Source: Eledone cirrhosa (Eukaryota). Taken from it: a stretch of DNA of 64,000 nt. The notes below the pieces were generated by a model. It saw nothing but the letters and a program-made list of their open reading frames with translations. It was not told where the DNA came from and searched no databases. A program made the position numbers and the translations under genes. This document shows, piece after piece, positions 1 to 12,540 of the stretch. The stretch covers positions 13,888,001 through 13,952,000 of the forward strand of contig OZ024742.1 in assembly GCA_964016885.1 (NCBI GenBank), in the 5' to 3' direction. Position 1 is the stretch's first letter. Each line of letters starts with the position of its first letter.

Positions 1-3000
1 CCTAGTCTAGCCTCAATCTGAGACCTAACCCTAGAAGTGACTACCTGACCTAGTTTAGCCTCAATGTGACACCTTCAAGCCCTAGAAGTAACCACCTGAC
101 CTACTTTAGCCTCAATGTGAGACCATCTAACCCTAGAAGTGACCACCTGACCTAGTCTAGGTTCGATGTGAGACCTAACCCTAGAAGTGACCACCTGACC
201 TAGTCTAGCCTCCAATGTGAGACCTAACCCTAGAAGTGACCACCTGACCTAGTCTAGCCTCAATGTGAGACCTAACCCTAGAAGTGACCACCTGACCTAG
301 TCTAGCCTTAATATGAGACCTAACCCTAGAAGTGACCACCTGACCTAGTCTAGTTTCAATGTGAGACCTAACCCTAAAAGTGACCACCTGACCTAGTCTA
401 GCCTCAATGTGAGACCATCTAACCCTAGAAGTGACAACCTGACCTAGTGTAATCTTAATGTGAAACCTAACCCAAGAAGTGACCACCTTACCTAGTCTAG
501 CCTCAATGTGAGACGATCTAACCCAAGAAGTGACCACCTGACCTAGTGTAACCTCAATGAGACCTTCTAACCCTAGAAGTGACCATCTGACCTAGTCTAG
601 CCTCAATGTGAGACCTAACCCTAGAAGTGACCACCTGACCTCGTCTATCCATAATGTGAGACTATCTAACCCAAGAAGTGACCACCTGACCTAGTCTAGC
701 CTCAAGTGACCACCTGACCTAGTGTCACCTCAATGTGAGACCCTCTAACCCTAGAAGAGACCACCTTACCTAGTCTAGCCTCAATGTGAGACCTAACCCT
801 AGAAGTGACCACCTGACCTAGTCTAGCCTCAATGTGAGACCTAACCCTAGAAGTGACCACCTGACCTAGTCTAGCCTCAATGTGAGACCTAACCATAGAA
901 GTGACCACCTGACCTAGTCTAGCCTCAATGTGAGACGATCTAACCGAAGAAGTGACCACCTGACCTAGTGTAACCTCAATGAGACCTAACCCTAGAAGTG
1001 ACCACCTGACCTAGTCTAGCCTCAATGTGAGATCTAACCCTTGAAGTGACCACCTGACCTAGTCTAGCCTCATTGTGAGACCTAATCCAAGAACTGACCA
1101 CCTGACCTAGTCTAACCTCAATGTGAGACCTAACCTTAGCAGTGACCCCCTGACCTAGTCTAGCCTCAATGTGAGACCTAACCCTAGAAGTGACCACCTG
1201 GCCTAGTCTAGCTTCAATGTGAGACCTAACCCTAGAAGTGACCACTTGACTTAGTCTAGCCTCAATGTGAGACCTAACCCTAGAAGTCACCACCTGACCT
1301 AGTCTAGCCTCAATGTGAGACTATCTAACCCAAGAAGTGACCACCTGACCTAGTCTAGCCTCAATTTGAGACTAGCTAACCCAAGAACTGACCACCTGAC
1401 GTAGTGTAACCTCAATGTGAGACCTAACCCTAGAAGTGACCACCTGACCTAGTCTAGCCTCAATCTGAGACCTAACCCAAGAAGTGAGCACCTGACCTAG
1501 TGTAACCTCAATTTGAGACCTAACCCTAGAAGTGACCACCTGACCTAGTTTAGCCTCAATGTGACACCTTCAAGCCCTAGAAGTGACCACCTGACCTAGT
1601 CTAGCCTCCAATGTGAGACCTTCTAACCCTAGAAGTGACCACCTGACCTAGTCTAGCCTCAATGTGAGACCTAACCCTAGAAGTGACCACCTGACCTAGT
1701 CTAGCCTTAATATGAGACCTAACCCTAGAAGTGACCACCTGACCTAGTCTAGTTTCAATGTGAGACCTAACCCTAAAAGTGACCACCTGACCTAGTCTAG
1801 CCTCAATGTGAGACCATCTAACCCTAGAATTGACCACCTTACCTAGTCTAGTCTCAATGTGAGACCTAACCCTAGAAGTAACCACCTGACCTACTCTAGC
1901 CTCAATGTGAGACTTCTAACCCTAGAAGTGACAACCTGACCTAGTGTAATCTTAATGTGAAACCTAACCCAAGAAGTGACCACCTTACCTAGTCTAGCCT
2001 CAATGTGAGACGATCTAACCCAAGAAGTGACCACCTGACCTAGTGTAACCTCAATGAGACCTAACCATAGAAGTGACCATCTGACCTAGTCTAGCCTCAA
2101 TGTGAGACCTAACCCTAGAAGTGACCACCTGACCTCGTCTATCCATAATGTGAGACTATCTAACCCAAGAAGTGACCACCTGACCTAGTCTAGCCTCAAT
2201 GTGAGACTTCTAACCTAAGAAGTGACCACCTGACCTAGTGTAACCTCAATGTGAGACCCTCTAACCCTAGAAGAGACCACCTTACCTAGTCTAGCCTCAA
2301 TGTGAGACCTAACCCTAGAAGTGACCACCTGACCTAGTCTAGCCTCAATGTGAGACCTAACCCTAGAAGTGACCACCTGACCTAGTCTAGCCTCAATGTG
2401 AGACCTAACCATAGAAGTGACCACCTGACCTAGTCTAGCTTCAATGTGAGACGATCTAACCGAAGAAGTGACCACCTGACCTAGTGTAACCTCAATGAGA
2501 CCTAACCCTAGAAGTGACCACCTGACCTAGTCTAGCCTCAATGTGAGATCTAACCCTTGAAGTGACCACCTGACCTAGTCTAGCCTCATTGTGAGACCTA
2601 ATCCAAGAAGTGACCACCTGACCTAGTCTAACCTCAATGTGAGACCTAACCTTAGCAGTGACCCCCTGACCTAGTCTAGCCTCAATGTGAGACCTAACCC
2701 TAGAAGTGACCACCTGGCCTAGTCTAGCTTCAATGTGAGACCTAACCCTAGAAGTGACCACTTGACTTAGTCTAGCCTCAATGTGAGACCAACCCTAGAA
2801 GTCACCACCTGACCTAGTCTAGCCTCAATGTGAGACTATCTAACCCAAGAAGTGACCACCTGACCTAGTCTAGCCTCAATTTGAGACTAGCTAACCCAAG
2901 AAGTGACCACCTGACGTAGTGTAACCTCAATGTGAGACCTAACCCTAGAAGTGACCACCTGACCTAGTCTAGCCTCAATCTGAGACCTAACCCAAGAAGT

Positions 3001-6000
3001 GAGCACCTGACCTAGTGTAACCACAATTTGAGACCTAACCCTAGAAGTGACCACCTGACCTAGTTTAGCCTCAATGTGACACCTTCAAGCCCTAGAAGTG
3101 ACCACCTGACCTAGTCTAGCCTCCAATGTGAGACCTAACCCTAGAAGTGACCACCTGACCTAGTCTAGCCTCAATGTGAGACCTAACCCTAGAAGTGACC
3201 ACCTGACCTAGTCTAGCCTTAATATGAGACCTAACCCTAGAAGTGACCACCTGACCTAGTCTAGCTTCAATGTGAGACCTAACCCTAGAAGTGACCACTT
3301 GACTTAGTCTAGCCTCAATGTGAGACCTAAGCCTAGAAGTCACCACCTGACCTAGTCTAGCCTCAATGTGAGACTATCTAACCCAAGAAGTGACCACCTG
3401 ACCTAGTCTAGCCTTAATGTGAGACCATCTAACCCTAGAAGTGACCACCTTACCTAGTCTAGTCTCAATGTGAGACCTAACCCTAGAAGTGACCACCTGA
3501 CCTAGTCTAGCCTCAATGTGAGACTTCTAACCCTAGAAGTGACAACCTGACCTAGTGTAAACTCAATGTGAAACCTAACCCAAGAAGTGACCACCTGACC
3601 TAGTCTAGCCTCAATGTGAGACGATCTAACCCAAGAAGTGACCACCTGACCTAGTCTAGCCTCAATGTGAGACCTAACCATAGAAGTGACCACCTGACCT
3701 AGTCTAGCCTCAATGTGAGACCTAAGCCTAGAACTGACCACTTGACCTAGTCTAGCCTCAATGTGAGACCTAGCCCTGGAAGTGACCACCTGACCTAGTC
3801 TAGCCTCAATGTTAGACTATCTAACCCTAGAAGTGACCAGCTGACCTAGTCTAGCCTCAATGTGAGACTTCTAACCCTAGAAGTGACCACCTGACCTAGT
3901 CTAGCCTCAATGTGAGACTAACCCAAGAAGTGACAACCTGACCTAGTCTAGCCTCAATGTGAGACTAGCTAACCCAAGAAGTAACCACCTGATGTAGTGT
4001 AACCTCAATGTGAGACCTAACCCTAGAAGTGACCACCTGACCTAGTCTAGCCTCAATCTGAGACCTAACCCATGAAGTGACCACCTGACCTAGTGTAACC
4101 TCAATCTGAGACCTAACCCTAGTAGTGACCACCTGACCTAGTTTAGCCTCAATGTGACACCTTCAAACCCTAGAAGTGACCACCTGACCTACTTTAGCCT
4201 CAATGTGAGACCGTCTAACCCTAGAAGTGACCACCTGACCTAGTCTAGTCTCAATGTGAGACCTGACCTAGTCTAGCCTCAATGTGAGACTTCTAACCCT
4301 AGAAGTGACAACCTGACCTAGTGTAAACCGAATGTGAAACCTAACCCAAGAAGTGACCACCTGACCTAGTCTAGCCTGAATATGAGACGATCTAACCCAA
4401 GTGACCACCTGACCTAGTGTAACCTCAATGAGACCTAACCCTAGAAGTGACCATCTGACCTAGTCTAGCCTCAATGAAACCTAACCCTAGAAGTGACCAC
4501 CTGACCTCGTCTATCCATAATGTGAGACTATCTAACCCAAGAAGTGACCACCTGACCTAGTCTAGCCTCAATGTGAGATGATCTAACCTAAGAAGTGACC
4601 ACCTGACCTAGTGTAACCTCAATGAGACCTAACCCTAGAATTGACCACCTGACCTAGTCTAGCCTCAATGTAAGATCTAACCTTAGCAGTGACCACCTGA
4701 CCTAGTCTAGCCTCAATGTGAGACCTAACCCTAGAAGTGACCACCTGACCTAGTCTAGCTTCAATGTGAGACCTAACCCTAGAAGTGACCACCTGACTTA
4801 GTCTAGCCTCAATGTGAGACCTAACCCTAGAAGTGACCACCTGACCTAGTCTAGCCTCAATGTGAGACTATCTAACCCAAGAAGTGACCACCTGACCTAG
4901 TCTAGCCTCAATTTGAGACTAGCTAACCCAAGAAGTGACCACCTGACGTAGTGTAACCTCAATGTGAGACCTAACCCTAGAAGTGACCACCTGACCTAGT
5001 CTAGCCTCAATCTGAGACCTAACCCTAGAAGTGACTACCTGACCTAGTTTAGCCTCAATGTGACACCTTCAAGCCCTAGAAGTAACCACCTGACCTACTT
5101 TAGCCTCAATGTGAGACCATCTAACCCTAGAAGTGACCACCTGACCTAGTCTAGGTTCGATGTGAGACCTAACCCTAGAAGTGACCACCTGACCTAGTCT
5201 AGCCTCCAATGTGAGACCTAACCCTAGAAGTGACCACCTGACCTAGTCTAGCCTCAATGTGAGACCTAACCCTAGAAGTGACCACCTGACCTAGTCTAGC
5301 CTTAATATGAGACCTAACCCTAGAAGTGACCACCTGACCTAGTCTAGTTTCAATGTGAGACCTAACCCTAAAAGTGACCACCTGACCTAGTCTAGCCTCA
5401 ATGTGAGACCATCTAACCCTAGAAGTGACAACCTGACCTAGTGTAATCTTAATGTGAAACCTAACCCAAGAAGTGACCACCTTACCTAGTCTAGCCTCAA
5501 TGTGAGACGATCTAACCCAAGAAGTGACCACCTGACCTAGTGTAACCTCAATGAGACCTTCTAACCCTAGAAGTGACCATCTGACCTAGTCTAGCCTCAA
5601 TGTGAGACCTAACCCTAGAAGTGACCACCTGACCTCGTCTATCCATAATGTGAGACTATCTAACCCAAGAAGTGACCACCTGACCTAGTCTAGCCTCAAG
5701 TGACCACCTGACCTAGTGTCACCTCAATGTGAGACCCTCTAACCCTAGAAGAGACCACCTTACCTAGTCTAGCCTCAATGTGAGACCTAACCCTAGAAGT
5801 GACCACCTGACCTAGTCTAGCCTCAATGTGAGACCTAACCCTAGAAGTGACCACCTGACCTAGTCTAGCCTCAATGTGAGACCTAACCATAGAAGTGACC
5901 ACCTGACCTAGTCTAGCCTCAATGTGAGACGATCTAACCGAAGAAGTGACCACCTGACCTAGTGTAACCTCAATGAGACCTAACCCTAGAAGTGACCACC

Positions 6001-9000
6001 TGACCTAGTCTAGCCTCAATGTGAGATCTAACCCTTGAAGTGACCACCTGACCTAGTCTAGCCTCATTGTGAGACCTAATCCAAGAACTGACCACCTGAC
6101 CTAGTCTAACCTCAATGTGAGACCTAACCTTAGCAGTGACCCCCTGACCTAGTCTAGCCTCAATGTGAGACCTAACCCTAGAAGTGACCACCTGGCCTAG
6201 TCTAGCTTCAATGTGAGACCTAACCCTAGAAGTGACCACTTGACTTAGTCTAGCCTCAATGTGAGACCTAACCCTAGAAGTCACCACCTGACCTAGTCTA
6301 GCCTCAATGTGAGACTATCTAACCCAAGAAGTGACCACCTGACCTAGTCTAGCCTCAATTTGAGACTAGCTAACCCAAGAACTGACCACCTGACGTAGTG
6401 TAACCTCAATGTGAGACCTAACCCTAGAAGTGACCACCTGACCTAGTCTAGCCTCAATCTGAGACCTAACCCAAGAAGTGAGCACCTGACCTAGTGTAAC
6501 CTCAATTTGAGACCTAACCCTAGAAGTGACCACCTGACCTAGTTTAGCCTCAATGTGACACCTTCAAGCCCTAGAAGTGACCACCTGACCTAGTCTAGCC
6601 TCCAATGTGAGACCTTCTAACCCTAGAAGTGACCACCTGACCTAGTCTAGCCTCAATGTGAGACCTAACCCTAGAAGTGACCACCTGACCTAGTCTAGCC
6701 TTAATATGAGACCTAACCCTAGAAGTGACCACCTGACCTAGTCTAGTTTCAATGTGAGACCTAACCCTAAAAGTGACCACCTGACCTAGTCTAGCCTCAA
6801 TGTGAGACCATCTAACCCTAGAATTGACCACCTTACCTAGTCTAGTCTCAATGTGAGACCTAACCCTAGAAGTAACCACCTGACCTACTCTAGCCTCAAT
6901 GTGAGACTTCTAACCCTAGAAGTGACAACCTGACCTAGTGTAATCTTAATGTGAAACCTAACCCAAGAAGTGACCACCTTACCTAGTCTAGCCTCAATGT
7001 GAGACGATCTAACCCAAGAAGTGACCACCTGACCTAGTGTAACCTCAATGAGACCTAACCATAGAAGTGACCATCTGACCTAGTCTAGCCTCAATGTGAG
7101 ACCTAACCCTAGAAGTGACCACCTGACCTCGTCTATCCATAATGTGAGACTATCTAACCCAAGAAGTGACCACCTGACCTAGTCTAGCCTCAATGTGAGA
7201 CTTCTAACCTAAGAAGTGACCACCTGACCTAGTGTAACCTCAATGTGAGACCCTCTAACCCTAGAAGAGACCACCTTACCTAGTCTAGCCTCAATGTGAG
7301 ACCTAACCCTAGAAGTGACCACCTGACCTAGTCTAGCCTCAATGTGAGACCTAACCCTAGAAGTGACCACCTGACCTAGTCTAGCCTCAATGTGAGACCT
7401 AACCATAGAAGTGACCACCTGACCTAGTCTAGCTTCAATGTGAGACGATCTAACCGAAGAAGTGACCACCTGACCTAGTGTAACCTCAATGAGACCTAAC
7501 CCTAGAAGTGACCACCTGACCTAGTCTAGCCTCAATGTGAGATCTAACCCTTGAAGTGACCACCTGACCTAGTCTAGCCTCATTGTGAGACCTAATCCAA
7601 GAAGTGACCACCTGACCTAGTCTAACCTCAATGTGAGACCTAACCTTAGCAGTGACCCCCTGACCTAGTCTAGCCTCAATGTGAGACCTAACCCTAGAAG
7701 TGACCACCTGGCCTAGTCTAGCTTCAATGTGAGACCTAACCCTAGAAGTGACCACTTGACTTAGTCTAGCCTCAATGTGAGACCAACCCTAGAAGTCACC
7801 ACCTGACCTAGTCTAGCCTCAATGTGAGACTATCTAACCCAAGAAGTGACCACCTGACCTAGTCTAGCCTCAATTTGAGACTAGCTAACCCAAGAAGTGA
7901 CCACCTGACGTAGTGTAACCTCAATGTGAGACCTAACCCTAGAAGTGACCACCTGACCTAGTCTAGCCTCAATCTGAGACCTAACCCAAGAAGTGAGCAC
8001 CTGACCTAGTGTAACCACAATTTGAGACCTAACCCTAGAAGTGACCACCTGACCTAGTTTAGCCTCAATGTGACACCTTCAAGCCCTAGAAGTGACCACC
8101 TGACCTAGTCTAGCCTCCAATGTGAGACCTAACCCTAGAAGTGACCACCTGACCTAGTCTAGCCTCAATGTGAGACCTAACCCTAGAAGTGACCACCTGA
8201 CCTAGTCTAGCCTTAATATGAGACCTAACCCTAGAAGTGACCACCTGACCTAGTCTAGCTTCAATGTGAGACCTAACCCTAGAAGTGACCACTTGACTTA
8301 GTCTAGCCTCAATGTGAGACCTAAGCCTAGAAGTCACCACCTGACCTAGTCTAGCCTCAATGTGAGACTATCTAACCCAAGAAGTGACCACCTGACCTAG
8401 TCTAGCCTTAATGTGAGACCATCTAACCCTAGAAGTGACCACCTTACCTAGTCTAGTCTCAATGTGAGACCTAACCCTAGAAGTGACCACCTGACCTAGT
8501 CTAGCCTCAATGTGAGACTTCTAACCCTAGAAGTGACAACCTGACCTAGTGTAAACTCAATGTGAAACCTAACCCAAGAAGTGACCACCTGACCTAGTCT
8601 AGCCTCAATGTGAGACGATCTAACCCAAGAAGTGACCACCTGACCTAGTCTAGCCTCAATGTGAGACCTAACCATAGAAGTGACCACCTGACCTAGTCTA
8701 GCCTCAATGTGAGACCTAAGCCTAGAACTGACCACTTGACCTAGTCTAGCCTCAATGTGAGACCTAGCCCTGGAAGTGACCACCTGACCTAGTCTAGCCT
8801 CAATGTTAGACTATCTAACCCTAGAAGTGACCAGCTGACCTAGTCTAGCCTCAATGTGAGACTTCTAACCCTAGAAGTGACCACCTGACCTAGTCTAGCC
8901 TCAATGTGAGACTAACCCAAGAAGTGACAACCTGACCTAGTCTAGCCTCAATGTGAGACTAGCTAACCCAAGAAGTAACCACCTGATGTAGTGTAACCTC

Positions 9001-12000
9001 AATGTGAGACCTAACCCTAGAAGTGACCACCTGACCTAGTCTAGCCTCAATCTGAGACCTAACCCATGAAGTGACCACCTGACCTAGTGTAACCTCAATC
9101 TGAGACCTAACCCTAGTAGTGACCACCTGACCTAGTTTAGCCTCAATGTGACACCTTCAAACCCTAGAAGTGACCACCTGACCTACTTTAGCCTCAATGT
9201 GAGACCGTCTAACCCTAGAAGTGACCACCTGACCTAGTCTAGTCTCAATGTGAGACCTGACCTAGTCTAGCCTCAATGTGAGACTTCTAACCCTAGAAGT
9301 GACAACCTGACCTAGTGTAAACCGAATGTGAAACCTAACCCAAGAAGTGACCACCTGACCTAGTCTAGCCTGAATATGAGACGATCTAACCCAAGTGACC
9401 ACCTGACCTAGTGTAACCTCAATGAGACCTAACCCTAGAAGTGACCATCTGACCTAGTCTAGCCTCAATGAAACCTAACCCTAGAAGTGACCACCTGACC
9501 TCGTCTATCCATAATGTGAGACTATCTAACCCAAGAAGTGACCACCTGACCTAGTCTAGCCTCAATGTGAGATGATCTAACCTAAGAAGTGACCACCTGA
9601 CCTAGTGTAACCTCAATGAGACCTAACCCTAGAATTGACCACCTGACCTAGTCTAGCCTCAATGTAAGATCTAACCTTAGCAGTGACCACCTGACCTAGT
9701 CTAGCCTCAATGTGAGACCTAACCCTAGAAGTGACCACCTGACCTAGTCTAGCTTCAATGTGAGACCTAACCCTAGAAGTGACCACCTGACTTAGTCTAG
9801 CCTCAATGTGAGACCTAACCCTAGAAGTGACCACCTGACCTAGTCTAGCCTCAATGTGAGACTATCTAACCCAAGAAGTGACCACCTGACCTAGTCTAGC
9901 CTCAATTTGAGACTAGCTAACCCAAGAAGTGACCACCTGACGTAGTGTAACCTCAATGTGAGACCTAACCCTAGAAGTGACCACCTGACCTAGTCTAGCC
10001 TCAATCTGAGACCTAACCCTAGAAGTGACTACCTGACCTAGTTTAGCCTCAATGTGACACCTTCAAGCCCTAGAAGTAACCACCTGACCTACTTTAGCCT
10101 CAATGTGAGACCATCTAACCCTAGAAGTGACCACCTGACCTAGTCTAGGTTCGATGTGAGACCTAACCCTAGAAGTGACCACCTGACCTAGTCTAGCCTC
10201 CAATGTGAGACCTAACCCTAGAAGTGACCACCTGACCTAGTCTAGCCTCAATGTGAGACCTAACCCTAGAAGTGACCACCTGACCTAGTCTAGCCTTAAT
10301 ATGAGACCTAACCCTAGAAGTGACCACCTGACCTAGTCTAGTTTCAATGTGAGACCTAACCCTAAAAGTGACCACCTGACCTAGTCTAGCCTCAATGTGA
10401 GACCATCTAACCCTAGAAGTGACCACCTTACCTAGTCTAGTCTCAATGTGAGACCTAACCCTAGAAGTAACCACCTGACCTACTCTAGCCTCAATGTGAG
10501 ACTTCTAACCCTAGAAGTGACAACCTGACCTAGTGTAATCTTAATGTGAAACCTAACCCAAGAAGTGACCACCTTACCTAGTCTAGCCTCAATGTGAGAC
10601 GATCTAACCCAAGAAGTGACCACCTGACCTAGTGTAACCTCAATGAGACCTTCTAACCCTAGAAGTGACCATCTGACCTAGTCTAGCCTCAATGTGAGAC
10701 CTAACCCTAGAAGTGACCACCTGACCTCGTCTATCCATAATGTGAGACTATCTAACCCAAGAAGTGACCACCTGACCTAGTCTAGCCTCAAGTGACCACC
10801 TGACCTAGTGTCACCTCAATGTGAGACCCTCTAACCCTAGAAGAGACCACCTTACCTAGTCTAGCCTCAATGTGAGACCTAACCCTAGAAGTGACCACCT
10901 GACCTAGTCTAGCCTCAATGTGAGACCTAACCCTAGAAGTGACCACCTGACCTAGTCTAGCCTCAATGTGAGACCTAACCATAGAAGTGACCACCTGACC
11001 TAGTCTAGCCTCAATGTGAGACGATCTAACCGAAGAAGTGACCACCTGACCTAGTGTAACCTCAATGAGACCTAACCCTAGAAGTGACCACCTGACCTAG
11101 TCTAGCCTCAATGTGAGATCTAACCCTTGAAGTGACCACCTGACCTAGTCTAGCCTCATTGTGAGACCTAATCCAAGAACTGACCACCTGACCTAGTCTA
11201 ACCTCAATGTGAGACCTAACCTTAGCAGTGACCCCCTGACCTAGTCTAGCCTCAATGTGAGACCTAACCCTAGAAGTGACCACCTGGCCTAGTCTAGCTT
11301 CAATGTGAGACCTAACCCTAGAAGTGACCACTTGACTTAGTCTAGCCTCAATGTGAGACCTAACCCTAGAAGTCACCACCTGACCTAGTCTAGCCTCAAT
11401 GTGAGACTATCTAACCCAAGAAGTGACCACCTGACCTAGTCTAGCCTCAATTTGAGACTAGCTAACCCAAGAACTGACCACCTGACGTAGTGTAACCTCA
11501 ATGTGAGACCTAACCCTAGAAGTGACCACCTGACCTAGTCTAGCCTCAATCTGAGACCTAACCCAAGAAGTGAGCACCTGACCTAGTGTAACCTCAATTT
11601 GAGACCTAACCCTAGAAGTGACCACCTGACCTAGTTTAGCCTCAATGTGACACCTTCAAGCCCTAGAAGTGACCACCTGACCTAGTCTAGCCTCCAATGT
11701 GAGACCTTCTAACCCTAGAAGTGACCACCTGACCTAGTCTAGCCTCAATGTGAGACCTAACCCTAGAAGTGACCACCTGACCTAGTCTAGCCTTAATATG
11801 AGACCTAACCCTAGAAGTGACCACCTGACCTAGTCTAGTTTCAATGTGAGACCTAACCCTAAAAGTGACCACCTGACCTAGTCTAGCCTCAATGTGAGAC
11901 CATCTAACCCTAGAATTGACCACCTTACCTAGTCTAGTCTCAATGTGAGACCTAACCCTAGAAGTAACCACCTGACCTACTCTAGCCTCAATGTGAGACT

Positions 12001-12540
12001 TCTAACCCTAGAAGTGACAACCTGACCTAGTGTAATCTTAATGTGAAACCTAACCCAAGAAGTGACCACCTTACCTAGTCTAGCCTCAATGTGAGACGAT
12101 CTAACCCAAGAAGTGACCACCTGACCTAGTGTAACCTCAATGAGACCTAACCATAGAAGTGACCATCTGACCTAGTCTAGCCTCAATGTGAGACCTAACC
12201 CTAGAAGTGACCACCTGACCTCGTCTATCCATAATGTGAGACTATCTAACCCAAGAAGTGACCACCTGACCTAGTCTAGCCTCAATGTGAGACTTCTAAC
12301 CTAAGAAGTGACCACCTGACCTAGTGTAACCTCAATGTGAGACCCTCTAACCCTAGAAGAGACCACCTTACCTAGTCTAGCCTCAATGTGAGACCTAACC
12401 CTAGAAGTGACCACCTGACCTAGTCTAGCCTCAATGTGAGACCTAACCCTAGAAGTGACCACCTGACCTAGTCTAGCCTCAATGTGAGACCTAACCATAG
12501 AAGTGACCACCTGACCTAGTCTAGCTTCAATGTGAGACGA
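1..12540. repeat. HOR domain A: ~2.5 tandem copies of a ~5-kb unit (4994-bp period, becoming 5092 bp where a 98-bp segment is retained)
   Basis: Identical ORF series at fixed offsets: 205/5199/10193, 976/5970, 3502/8496, 4619/9613 (4994 bp); 5696/10788, 6595/11687 (5092 bp). The 28-bp marker monomer is at 690, 5684 and 10776. Confidence 0.95.
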
